Shown here one piece after another: positions 11,427 through 23,620 of a stretch of DNA of 64,000 nt. Origin of the DNA: Octopus bimaculoides (taxonomy: Eukaryota); assembly GCF_001194135.2 (NCBI RefSeq), contig NC_068993.1, forward strand, positions 32,733,138 through 32,797,137, in the 5' to 3' direction. Position numbers and translations under genes: made by a program. Positions within the stretch are counted from its first letter, which is position 1; every line of letters begins with the position of its first letter. The notes beneath the pieces are model-generated. The model was not told the DNA's origin. It made no database searches and saw only the letters and a list, made by a program, of their open reading frames with translations.

Positions 11427-11640
11427 GCATGGCTGTGTGGCAAGGAGTTTGCTTCCCAGCCATGTAGTCTTGGGTTCAGTCCTACTATGCAACGCCTTAG
11501 GCAAGTGTCTTCTATTATAGCTCCTGGCTGGCCAAGGCCTTGAGTGAATTTGATAGATGGAAACTAAAAGAAGCACATCATGTGTATGCCCTACCACTGT
11601 TTGACAATCCATGTTGGTTTCTCCCCATAACTTACAAATT
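11427..11640 (+). mobile_element. tRNA-derived SINE (partial)
   Basis: A-box tggctgtgtgg, B-box ggttcagtcc, ggcaagtgtcttcta block; same family as 12667-13055. Confidence 0.75.
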
Positions 11641-12666
11641 CAACAAAAAGAAATCAACAGGCTTTGTAAAGTTTTGAGGTAGGAAGCTAGTATGTGTATG
11701 TATTTCTCTGGAAAAGATACAATGATTACTCCAATATCAGGTCCCAAGAAATGGATACTTCCCCAAGTGGAAATATCACAATCAGACTAACACTGTAAAC
11801 AATACTGTGGAATGATTTCTTGTGCAAATGATCTAACTGCAACCACAGCAAGCTACAAAATAGTTATGATTTTTTTTTTACTATTAAAAAAAAAAAAGAA
11901 AACTATGTTTCCTTTGTAAATATACAGTTAATAGTCAGAAATGTTCTAATTGTATTAAAAGTGATACTGACATTGAGATAGTTTACATCTAGAATAATTT
12001 GAAGGAAGAGAACATTGAAATGAAGAATGGGAGCCCAACAGAAGCAGAAGATGGAATCATTGTGAAATGATTTTCCAGAAATAATATTGTAGAACTATCA
12101 TTGAGAATGGTGAAATCAAATGTAATCTCTAAGGATGTGATCACTGTGTACTTTATTTCAGAAATTGTATATCTACAACACCATTATGTCAAAGAAGTTC
12201 CTTCATTGATTTATGGAATGTAAAGTGTTGATATTTACAGATGATCAAGAATGATGTTGATATTTACAGATGATCAAGAATGATGTAGATTTTTCACAGC
12301 TCAATCACATGGATGATTATCACCTCTAAAAGTGAAGTTTAGTAACTACTATTTAATTTAGTTTCCGAACAATAACCCCCACCCTACATCTAACTCCTCA
12401 CTACTAATGATAGAAACAAGATGTCCAAGTGTTTGTTGTACTAGGCTATCAAATCAACAGTCTGGAGTTCAAACCTACCATAAGTGTTTTGTAGCATATT
12501 TGGACAAGTCATTAATTCTTGGCTCAGTTCACTTGGTTCAAGAGAAAGTACCAGATAATTCAATACATTGAATACTTCCAATACCGATAACTTGTTCAAG
12601 GCAAGATCTAACTCTTGTCTAGCTTTTACTCCAAAAAACACTTTAAACATAAGTTCTTAGAAAAGA

Positions 12667-13055
12667 AGGCACAGAGATGGTTGTGTGGTAAGAAGCCTGC
12701 TTCCCAGCTATGTAGTTCCAGGTTCGGTCCCACTGTGTGGCACCTTGGGCAAGTATCTTCTACTATAACCACAGGCCGACCAAAGCCTTGTGAGTGGATT
12801 TGGTAGATGGAAACTGAAAGGAGCTTGTCGTATATGTGTTTGTGTGTGTCTATGTTTGTCCCCTCACCACTACTTAATAACCAGTGCCGGTGTGTTTACA
12901 TCCCTGTAATTTAGCAGTTTGGCAAAAGACACTGATAGAATAAGTATCAGGCTTAAAAAATAAGTACTGGAGTTGATTCATTTGATTAAAAATTCTTCAA
13001 GGTGGTGCCCCAGCATGGCCACAGTCTAATGACTGAGACAAATAAAACATAAAAA
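12667..13055 (+). mobile_element. Near full-length tRNA-derived SINE
   Basis: A-box tggttgtgtgg, B-box ggttcggtccc, CORE-like block, A-rich tail; revcomp copies at 55075-55290, 59365-59500 and 60175-60480. Confidence 0.85.
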
Positions 13056-13572
13056 ATGACTTTTGTACATTTACCAATGTCTTACATTTTAAGCAGCTGT
13101 TCATCCTGTAAGCCTCTAACCACAAAACCATTGCATAAGACACAGCTATGGTTTATACCCTGATCTCTTTTTATTTGTCTACAATCCTAAACCTGACCAA
13201 GGCAGAATCAAGTGAGAAAAGTCCCTTAATAAGTGCAAGGACCAGCCAGGTGGACATAAATCAATCATGACAAAAAAACTTTATTTTGTACTATCATTTT
13301 TTATCTCAAAAATGACAGACAGATGTACCATTCCATACATTATCAAAAATATCCTTCCCATTTTTTAAGATAATAAAGTATGAATTGATAAAAATTCAGC
13401 TTCTATTTCTAGTAGATTGGAATGGCCATGTAGAGGCTTTCATTGTCCCACAATATCATTCTGAGGTGCAAAAACCACCTCAACCAACATGGAACAGTAG
13501 ATATAGAGCTGACACTTTTACCTCACAATGTTTTCAAATTGTTCATTTTTACCTTTCAAGACAGCAAAAAGA

Positions 13573-13697
13573 GATGAGGTAAATTGGCAGAGCATCAGAG
13601 CCTTATGAAATTTGTTTTGAGTTCAAACTACACTGATGTCAACTTTGCCTTTCATCCATCAAAGTTGACAGATTAAGTATCAATCCAGTACTTGAAG
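13573..13697 (+). repeat. 125-bp direct repeat, copy 1 (decayed SINE piece)
   Basis: Three mismatches versus 15476-15600. Confidence 0.9.
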
Positions 13698-13737
13698 TCA
13701 TTTCTTCTTTCTCTCTCCTTGAATTCTTTTTTTTTTG

Positions 13738-14581
13738 TGTGCTGAGGACATATGTAAGCTCGCAAGGAATGAAGCCAGTATGCTCCGTTGGATGTGTAAT
13801 GTCAATGTGAATNNNNNNNNNNNNNNNNNNNNNNNNNNNNNNNNNNNNNNNNNNNNNNNNNNNNNNNNNNNNNNNNNNNNNNNNNNNNNNNNNNNNNNNN
13901 NNNNNNNNNNNNNNNNNNNNNNNNNNNNNNNNNNNNNNNNNNNNNNNNNNNNNNNNNNNNNNNNNNNNNNNNNNNNNNNNNNNNNNNNNNNNNNNNNNNN
14001 NNNNNNNNNNNNNNNNNNNNNNNNNNNNNNNNNNNNNNNNNNNNNNNNNNNNNNNNNNNNNNNNNNNNNNNNNNNNNNNNNNNNNNNNNNNNNNNNNNNN
14101 NNNNNNNNNNNNNNNNNNNNNNNNNNNNNNNNNNNNNNNNNNNNNNNNNNNNNNNNNNNNNNNNNNNNNNNNNNNNNNNNNNNNNNNNNNNNNNNNNNNN
14201 NNNNNNNNNNNNNNNNNNNNNNNNNNNNNNNNNNNNNNNNNNNNNNNNNNNNNNNNNNNNNNNNNNNNNNNNNNNNNNNNNNNNNNNCTGGCCTTGTAGG
14301 GTTTTCGAGCGAGATCGTTGCCAGTGCCCCTGGACTGGCTCTTGTGCGGGTGGCACATAAAAGACACCATTTCGAGCGTGGCCGTTTTCGTGCGGGTGAC
14401 ACGTAAAAGCACCCACTACACTCTCTGAGTGGTTGGCGTTAGGAAGGGCATCCGGCTGTAGAAACTCTGCCAAATTAGATTGGAGCCTGGTGTAGCCATC
14501 CGGTTGCACCAGTCCTCAGTCAAATCGTCCAACCCATGCTAGCATGGAAAGCGGACGTTGAACGATGACGATGATGATGAA
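13738..14581 (+). mobile_element. 5'-truncated RTE-clade LINE (gap inside)
   Basis: LARNEASMLRWMCNV ORF2 C-terminal motif; 3' UTR ending catggaaagcggacgttgaacg(ATG)n; possible TSD tgaattc. Confidence 0.8.
13813..14287. other. Assembly gap
   Basis: N run. Confidence 1.
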
Positions 14582-14899
14582 TTCAAAGGTTCAACCATGT
14601 CACGTTATACTGATTCGGTTTGAGAATTGCATAAAGAACACATATATCTATGGAATACTCAGCCACTTACATGTTAGTTTCACACACAGGGATTCAGTAG
14701 ACCAAGCAAGTAACTGCTTATTGTAGAAACCACAGCTGAAGGAAGGTCTGTGAAGAACTAACAGACAACATAGTCAAGAATATGATACCAGTCAATTCAA
14801 TGGGTGAGAATTTAAGCATGAAACGAAGTTGATCCTAAGAAAGATGGTGAACTTAGACAATAGAGAGACAAAACTAAATACTGTAGACAATATAATCCA

Positions 14900-15982
14900 A
14901 TTCTCCAGCACTTGACACTACAACACTTCTGGAGAAACAATAAACCATCTCCTAAACATGGATGACTTAAAAATTTTCACTAAAAATACCATGGAACAAA
15001 AAAAAAACCTTCTGAAAAGTGTCTATAGTTTCAGCAAGGACATCACAATGAGCACGGGACTGGACAAATGTGCCAAAGTGACACTGAGGAGAGGCAAATT
15101 AATAAGCACTGAAAACAGTGGACTCGACATAGACACGGAAATCCAAGAATTAGACCACAACCACTCATACAAATATCTAGAAATGGACAAAACAGCTAAA
15201 ATACAACCCACAGATATGAGACAGAGAATATTAGAGAAGAGTTAGACAAGCATTAAACACTGAACACAATGCTAAAATAAGATAATAGAGATAAACATGC
15301 TAGTCATATCAGTCATAAATTACAGCTTCAACATAATAAAATGGAAGATCAGTGAATTGAGAAACTTAGAATAACCAGAAATCTATTAACAGCATACTGA
15401 AGTCACCACCTCAAGGCAGACACAAACAGTATATCTACCCTGCTCAGAAGGAGGTCACAGCCTTACACAGATAGGGATGAGGTAAATTGGCAGAGCACCA
15501 GAGCCTTATGAGATTTGTTTTGAGTTCAAACTACACTGATGTCAACTTTGCCTTTCATCCATCAAAGTTGACAGGTTAAGTATCAATCCAGTACTTGAAG
15601 AAATGAAGAGAAAAATCACTCCATGGCCAATACCCTGCAAGGCTTGACAGAAAAGTGAGCCCAAGTAAAAGCCAACAATGGATCAAAAGCTCTGGACTAA
15701 AAGCTGAAACTGAAGGACTGATTCTCACTGCACAAGGCCAATGCCTGACCACAAACAACTATAAAAGCAAAACAATGAAAATAGACCCTAACACCAAAAT
15801 GCTGTCCAATCCTAGCCAAATTTGAATATGTATACACAAACATGACCAAGTAAGTAGCTATATCCATTGGATAATATACCAGCACTATAACATAAAAACT
15901 AGAAGAAATGGTATAAATATGTGCCAAACAAGGTACATGATAACAACCAGGCCACAATCATCTGGGATATGCCTGTTCAAAC
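14900..15982 (+). mobile_element. R4/Dong element 1, left part (RT to zinc-knuckle region)
   Basis: INHLLNMDDLKIF, GLDKCAKVTLRRGK, LKAETEGLIL, IIWDMPVQT; continues at 21516. Confidence 0.85.
15476..15600 (+). repeat. 125-bp direct repeat, copy 2, embedded in Dong element 1
   Basis: Matches 13573-13697. Confidence 0.9.
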
Positions 15983-16346
15983 TGTGGGGATGAGGTGAAC
16001 CAGAAGGAAAGAGCTGTGACGTCAACAGCCAAGGGACCCCACCAGAACAGGAAGGGGGAGTGAGGAAGTGAGGGAAGCAAGACCAGTGTCATCCTCTTTC
16101 GACCTGGGGTAGTGGTAGCGAATGGACACAAGTGGACAAGCAAACAAGCAGGCATTTGTAGTAGCAGCTGCTATTCTTAGGTAAGACAGGTAGAGCATAT
16201 GTTTGGACTTAACACAGCTGGACAGCCAATGAGAGGTAAGTGAACCGTATTTTATTCCCTGTATTACAGTTCCCTCATACCACAAGCTATTTCAGCTCTC
16301 ATATATAAATATATTTTTTGCCATTGTTGTTGTCTCCTTCCACAAG

Positions 16347-16652
16347 ATGGCAGGGAAGATAAGAATTAGCAGCAATGCCATCAGACTTTTCTGTGGTGAA
16401 GGAGATGTGATCACCTGGATCTGTAAAACCAAGGTGGTGGCCAGGCTACAAGGCATTGAAGATGAAGCAGGTCTCATGGTTCTGTATCTAGAGGGAAGCA
16501 CATTGGCACTGTACCTCGAAATGGATGAGAAAGACCAACTGAGCATGGCAAAGATCAAGCAGCGCTTGAAGGAAGCTTATATGGAGGGAATGTACACCGC
16601 ATTTGCTAAGCTGGGAATGGTCAGATGGACAGGGGAAGAGGTCAACGAGTAG
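16347..16652 (+). pseudogene. Gypsy gag N-terminal fragment
   Basis: FCGEGDVITW...KVVARLQGI...LYLEGSTLALYLEM...RLKEAY...RWTGEEV. Confidence 0.75.
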
Positions 16653-17798
16653 GCCACAGAGGTTCAAAGACTGGCCAAGCTATCTGGTTTTACCAGAGAG
16701 GGTTTAGAGAAGGCAGCAAGAAAATGACAGAAGGCAGTGGGGATGACAGCTACAGAAGCCCGTGACATAGTGCAACTACCAGTAAAGAATGAGGAGAAAA
16801 GACTGCTGTAGAGTGGCAGTGACCGTTCATGGTCAAGTAGTGTTTGGGCAGTCGACAGCAGCATAATTGGATGTAAGGGTAGAGCGAAGTGGGAGACAGC
16901 AGTGTGGAGCACAACACTGAGGTTGCAGGCAATTGTGATCAACCATGTGGTAAACAGAATTGACGTGGTGATGGCATGGATGCAATCAACCACCTTGGAG
17001 GTGTCAGGGTCAGTGGAGATGTGGTTTCATTTCGTGGTGCAGGGCGTCAAGTGCTGAGTCTGCAAAGCTCCACGGGGGATTATACTGTTTACATCATTGA
17101 GGACAAAGATTTTCAGGCAGTGTTCAACAGTCAGCAGTGGACAGTAGAGTGATGCTGGAAAGGGGAGCCCTCAATACTGAAGAACAAGCTGAGCTGCTAC
17201 CAGCATACCTTGAAAGGACATGCCAGGAGTGAGTTTGAAGGAGAGGTAGAGAGGTGAATTAAGGAGGGTATCATTTTCCTGTGGAAGGCAGAGATGATGA
17301 GTGGAATGCTACCACTAATGGCAATGGTGCAGCCAACAAAGGGCAAAGTCAGGCTAGTACTGGATTATCGAGAGATGAATGGCCATATATCGTGCCACAC
17401 GAGTGGCAAGGTGATTGACGTCTGCAGTGAGGAATTGCATGTGTAGTAACGCTGTGCGCATGCGTAGTCTCACGCATGCGTAGAATTCAACATCCAAGCT
17501 TTCCCGCTTTATTCTGTCTCTTTGTTACTGGCCAGCGATTGAGCAAGGACGTGTCTAGCTGTCTCTCCATCTTTCGAACTCACACTAGACAGCTCACATC
17601 AATATACCAACGTCCCAACAACCATGTTCTCACACACCGAAGACGTCTCAACAAACAAGATTAAAGATCTATATTTTCCACCTTGAATAAATGTTGTTAT
17701 GTTGATAGTTTGGAGTTCAGCGTTCCGTTCATATTTCTAATTTAATATAGGAAAGTCAGGTGTACATCTAATGATGTATAACCCACTTTCCTATAAAG

Positions 17799-17811
17799 TG
17801 GTGACCCCGAC
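17799..17811 (+). promoter_or_regulatory. Primer-binding site complementary to the tRNA-Trp 3' end
   Basis: TGGTGACCCCGAC equals the first 13 nt of the known tRNA-Trp PBS (TGGTGACCCCGACGTGAT), 3 nt after the LTR end. Confidence 0.85.
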
Positions 17812-18462
17812 TAAGAAAAAATGCGGCCATGGATTCTGGACTACCAACCTATAAAGTGGTGACCACGACTAAAGAACGACTGCAGCCACGACGATCTGGA
17901 CTAATCAGCATCAATAAATGTTATGTACTCACTGAAATTGTTCGCATGTGACGAGCATGTTGCTGCCATTTTTAGCAAGTAGACGACGCTGTGTAAAAAT
18001 GAATTTGACGTCTTGTAAGGTATTATCGCTGGTATGAGCAACACGAGTCTACGACCACACGCCGCCGACGCCATCATCAACTACAACTAACTCGAGCGTC
18101 TCTCAACATTTTCATCACACAAATAGAAAGCTAAGAAAAATTTCACACAAGCAACTTCACGGCCATTACGAACTGGTGACCCCCATCATGATTCAGACAC
18201 GCAGCCCGCTGAGCTACAATAACAACTATTTCTATATAACTGATAACCAACATTCCTATAAAGTGGTGTGACCCCGACTAAGAAACAAACGCGGCCATGG
18301 ATTCTGGACTACCAACCTATAAAGTGGTGACCCCGACTAAAGAACAAATGTGGCCATGGAGACTGAACTACCAAGCAACGATGACCACCAACATCTCCAA
18401 CCATAGTCAACACGACTTACTATGTACACCAAACTAAACCACCGCGGCAAATCTCTCTCTTC

Positions 18463-18594
18463 NNNNNNNNNNNNNNNNNNNNNNNNNNNNNNNNNNNNNN
18501 NNNNNNNNNNNNNNNNNNNNNNNNNNNNNNNNNNNNNNNNNNNNNNNNNNNNNNNNNNNNNNNNNNNNNNNNNNNNNNNNNNNNNNNNNNNNNN
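18463..18594. other. Assembly gap
   Basis: N run. Confidence 1.
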
Positions 18595-21515
18595 TGTTCT
18601 TATATGTCGCATTCACACTCTCACATACACATACATCTTTTATGCCACACTAAATATCTCTTGTTATTCATTTTATACGGTTATGTTTATCATCTTCTAT
18701 CGTCTCCCTTTTACTGGCCATATGTTATCGTAGTATAACATATCATGTATATCATCTTTGATATATTATTTTGTGTTCGACCATGTGACACATTTAAATA
18801 AAAGGAGTCCTCTGTTTTTCCATTCGTCACATGCGAACAATTTCATCTTGGGTTAAAAAAATCTCATCAAGGTTTTCGCTAATGGTCGTACAGAGATTTG
18901 TCTGTCGACCGTCTGTAAAAGCGCACCTCTTCAAACACCATCATCACCAAGCAGCCTTTTCGCCACAAGCTTCGTTCAACCAAGATTACCACCGCGACGA
19001 CAACAACTACTACCAACTACAAGCATTCCCCCAACGTCGCCAACAGTTTCAACAGGACATCATTACCACCATCAACACCACACATACAGAACAGCTATAT
19101 TACAGTTCCTGCGCCGACGTCTTCTCCATCAATGTACTGTCTACCACAATGTCGTGCGCCAACAACCCCACCACCAGGGACACACCATATTGCATGTTTT
19201 TCTTTCATTCCTTCAATTTGTACATTGCATGCATGTATCACACGAGTGTATATTTCATTTCTTTCATTTTTTTCTTTGTGTGTGTTTGTGCTACATCTTG
19301 TGGGTGGTTTTCAGTGGCCATCCTGCCTCAGGCGTTCCAACAAAAAAAAATTATATTATCGTGCGTTCCACACTGGCGAGGGGAGCCCTGTAGTAACGCC
19401 GTGCGCATGCGTAGTCTCACGCATGCGTGGAATTCAACATCCAAGCTTTCCCGCTTTATTCTGTCTCTTTGTTACTGGCCAGCGATTGAGCAAGGACGTG
19501 TCTAGCTGTCTCTTCATCTTTCGAACTCACGCTAGACAGCTCACATCAATATACCAACGTCCCAACAACCATGTTCTCACACACCGAAGACGTCTCAACA
19601 AACAAGATTAAAGATGTATATTTTCCACCTTGAATAAATGTTGTTATGTTGATAGTTTGGAGTTCAGCGTTCCGTTCATATTTCTAATTTAATATAGGAA
19701 AGTCAGGTGTACATCTAATGATGTATAACCTACTTTCCTATACATGAATGGAAACAGATGATGAGGGCGGCAACAATTGTCAACTTCAAGTTGGCATATC
19801 TGCAGCTCCATGTGAGCAAGAAACTGTGATAGTATCAGCTAGTGCAATATAAGGGTCAGGCATATTGTTTGACTAGGCTGGGTTTCAGGCTAAATTCTGT
19901 GCCAAAGGTCATGGCGACAGTGCTCAAATCTATCCTTGGAAAGATGAACAAGATAAAAAAGGCCACCGATTCCAATATAAATGACATCTTAGTAGATGAG
20001 ACTGTAGCATCTGCCCCAAAGGTCATAAGCCATCTAAAGAAATTTGGGCTGACTGTGAAGCCACCAGAGCCAATGGTTGGAGGAGCTGCACTGGGGCTCA
20101 AGCTTCAAAGAGACAAAACATGTGTATTGGTGTTTTGGAGGGGGAATGAGATCCCAGAACTGGGTACCAGCATCAACAGACAAGAACTATTTTTGATGTG
20201 TGGGAGACTAGTGGGTCACTATCCAATTGCAGGATGGCTTTGAATAGGATGCAGCCTACATTGAGAGGCAAGCAGAGGGGGCAAACTGGGGCTATACTCC
20301 ATCGAAATCTGAACTGATTTGGCTACTGTGTTTCATTGGGTAAGATCAGTGATCACTGATAAAAAGAAGGTTTGAACCAAAGGGGCTACAGAGATGTTAG
20401 TAAAGTGCTACCTAGGGGTTCTGGGAGAGCTAACTGCCAAATTTGGTCTTTGCCTTCAGAAAGGAACAAGGCAGACATTCTAACCAGGGTGATAAAGGCC
20501 TGGTTGGTGGAGCCAGAAGATTCAAAGCAGGAGATAGCTGCAGTATGTTGGTTAAGTGACTTGGAATTAAGGAGACTGCATGCCATGCATCATGAGTGTG
20601 GATAGAACGCTGTATTTTGTAAGAAAGGTTGACTCCGGCGTTATTAGACACAGAATTCAAAAGGTGGTCAGAAACTGCGACAGGTGTCAATCCATTGACC
20701 CTGTTCTAGGTGTGCACAAGCAAGGAAACATCTTAGTAGAGCATGACTGGAGACGATTGGCAGTGGATGTGACACACTACCAGCATGAGGCATATCTCTC
20801 AACGGTCAACTGTGAACCGGGTCAGATGGCCATATGGTGGGAAATGAAGATGGGCACTGCAGACAAGATTACACGTATCCTGAATGAGATATTCCTGGAG
20901 TAGGGCCCTGTGGATGATGGACAACAGCACTGCATTTCATTCAGAGATACTGAAGGAGATGCTTCACAAGTGGAATGTGCACTGCTTCTTCAGAGCAGCA
21001 TACAGTCCAAGGGGAAATTAGATTTTGGAAAGACACCATCACATGATCAAAGCCATAGTGGAGAGGGGACGCAACTCACTGCTGGAAGTGGTATTCTGGT
21101 ACAATATGCCACCCCGATCAGGAAGAATCCATGCCACACAGAGTGATATTCAGATATGAATGGTGGCATCTGAGTAAACCATCAGAAATCCCTGCAGAAG
21201 AGAGAGGGCCTGCCTTCATGCAGGTAGGGAATGAAATCTGGGTCAAGCCCCCCGAAGGCACACTGCACATCTCAGTGGAACAGAGGAACAATGACAGCTG
21301 TTAATTCCAAAAATAACATTTCAGTAGATGGAATGCTGTGTCACATCTTGGATGTTTGCTGAATTGTCACTGCATCAAATGACAAAGGTGGAGAGAAGGA
21401 GAACAAGGCTAAGATGGGTAGAGCAGGTGTTTGGACTTAACACAGTTGGACAGCCAACAACAAGAGTTAGATGAACCATAATTTATTCATCACATTACAG
21501 TTCCCTCATACCATA

Positions 21516-21830
21516 CAAACTGACAAAGAAATAAAAGCTAATCACCCAGACATAATAATCAAAAGAAGAAAAGAAAAGAAGAAGAGAAATGATCAAAGTA
21601 CAAAGACCTCGAAATTCAAGATGTGAGATATGTAGGTGAAAACAATTCCAGTAATAATTGGAGCAATGGGTATGATAAAAAAAATAAAAACACATAGAAA
21701 TAAAAGTTTTAGCTATACCTGGACCCTCAATGCTACACACTATCCCAAAACTAGCCCTGCTAGGAACAGCCCACATCCTACACAAGAAACTATTAATTCA
21801 ATAATACTACCCAAATGAAAACAATCAACT
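21516..21830 (+). mobile_element. R4/Dong element 1, right part (RLE domain and 3' end)
   Basis: QTDKEIKANHPDII, KTIPVIIGAMG, KLALLGTAHIL. Confidence 0.85.
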
Positions 21831-21839
21831 AACAAAACA

Positions 21840-23620
21840 TTCTAGATAGTAAATATCTAATAAAATAAACTACCACCACCACATGTACTCCACAGGCCGA
21901 ATACTCAACAGAAGAACACAACTCACATTACACACACAAATACAGTGCAAACACGAATACAACAAAAGACTGCAACCCAACTCCATAGCAAAACAAATTG
22001 ATGCAACACAATACCAGGAAGAGTTTGCACTCACCCAACAACAAATAAAGGATACAAAATACAGCACACATCCCAGCAACTGGAGGTGTAACAGGTGATA
22101 GAGTGAAATTTACCTGAAACTACCAAATGTTTAATAATAATATATTATAAAATACATAAGGTAGGCACCAATTATTATAAAATACATAAGGCACTCTATG
22201 AATAAATGGCAGACAGTGCTACAACTCCAAACAAAAGAGGGATTCATGAAAACGAAAGCCATCCCCATTAGAAGAGGAATATTCCAGGGAGACACGCTCT
22301 CTCCACTCCTGTTCTGCTTGGCACTCACACCTTTTAACTGAATTGCTAAATAGAACTGGATGCAGATACAAATGTTACGGCAAAACAGTCAGCCACCTTT
22401 TATATATGGATGACCTAAAATTATACGCTAGAAATGATAAAGAGCTGGAAACACTACTACAGACAGTACATAGATTTACCAAAAAAATAGATATGAAATT
22501 CGGATTAGAAAAATGTGCCAAAGCAACCCTGAAAAGAGGAAAACTAGTTAAGAGTAGCAACATCACACTAGATAAAGCCAATGAAATAAGAGAACTAGAC
22601 GAAAGCCAGCCATACAAATATTTAGGAATCAATCAACTAGATCGGATACAACACACACAAATGAATGAAAAAAATAAAGAAAGTGTACTATAGACGAGTT
22701 AGATCAATACTAAAAACAGAGCTCAATGCTAAAAACAAGATAATAGGTATTAACACTTTAGCCGTCCCAGTTATAAGTTACAGCTACAATATCCTTAACT
22801 GGACACTAAACGAACTATCTAAAATAGACAGGAAAACAAGAAAAATAATGACAGGATCTAGGATGCACCACCCAAAATCTGACATAGAAAGGCTATATAT
22901 ATACAACGTATGGAATGTGATAGGGGTCTTATACAGCTGGAAAACTATTATAAAATAACCACCATACGACTGCAAAAATACCTACTTGAGAAGCAAGGAA
23001 AACTAATACAAATAGCCACAAAACACGAACAAAACAAAAAGCTGTTTTCAGTATTTAAGGAAGCTGACAAATTCAAACAAGAAATACTACCTAATAAATA
23101 CGAAGAAGAAGAAGAAGAAACAACAAAAGCTATAAAACAAATGAAATCCAAACTAAAACTAGAACAGAAATGGACCATGATAAAACGATGGCAAGAAAAG
23201 CCCCTACATGGTAAATACTGGGCTAAACTAAATGCAAAAGAAATAGACAGAGAAAAATCCCAGCAATGGCTGAGAAGCTCAGGACTCAAAGCAGAGACTG
23301 AAGGATTTTTAATTGCTGCACAAGACCAAAGCCTCCCCACCAGAAATTACCAAAAACATATACTGAAAAGAAACATAACAAGTAACTGCAGAATATGTGG
23401 CGATGGACAAGAAACAATAAATCATATTATCTCTGGCTGCCCAGTCCTGGCTAAGAAGGAATATATTCACAGACACGACAGAGCTGGGACCTATATACAC
23501 TGGAAGCTATGCCAACACTATGGAATAACAACAGAAAAAAGATGGTATAAACACACGCCAGAAAAGGTCACAGAAAACGAGAAAGCAACCATACTCTGGG
23601 ATATGCCAATACACACAGAT
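21840..23620 (+). mobile_element. R4/Dong element A (RT, linker, CCHC knuckle), 3'-truncated
   Basis: RRGIFQGDTLSPLLFCL, HLLYMDDLKLY, MHHPKSDIERLY, LKAETEGFLIAAQDQSL, CRICGDGQETINHIISGC; closely similar to the 2885-4124 copy. Confidence 0.95.

Larger units (their letters stand above)
17442..19742 (+). mobile_element. Internally deleted, non-autonomous LTR element (CsRn1/Kabuki-like Gypsy), TSD CATG
   Basis: 354-bp LTRs at 17442-17795 and 19389-19742 with 6 differences counted by eye. PBS TGGTGACCCCGAC at 17799-17811, purine tract before 19389, integrase C-terminal remnant SVDRL near 18900. Host RT frame EELH|EWKQ is restored on removal. Confidence 0.92.
15983..21515 (+). mobile_element. Decayed Ty3/Gypsy LTR retrotransposon with 5-bp TSD CAAAC
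   Basis: 5' LTR 15983-16284 (TGTGG...CCACA), partial 3' LTR ~21406-21515, TSD at 15978-15982 and 21516-21520. Gag at 16347-16652, RT split around 17442-19742, RNase H remnant, integrase (HHCC and core, ~20580-21140) downstream of RT. Confidence 0.9.

Noticed and set aside
12228-12290. 29-bp tandem duplication gttgatatttacagatgatcaagaatgat
   Set aside because: Simple slippage duplicate in decayed sequence with no further structure.
17790-18345. CRISPR-like repeat-spacer appearance
   Set aside because: Eukaryotic context, spacers are themselves repeated, the repeat is an LTR end plus PBS, and there are no cas genes.
18831-19611. 224-aa and 159-aa ORFs
   Set aside because: Chance frames across the integrase tail and LTR of the nested element.
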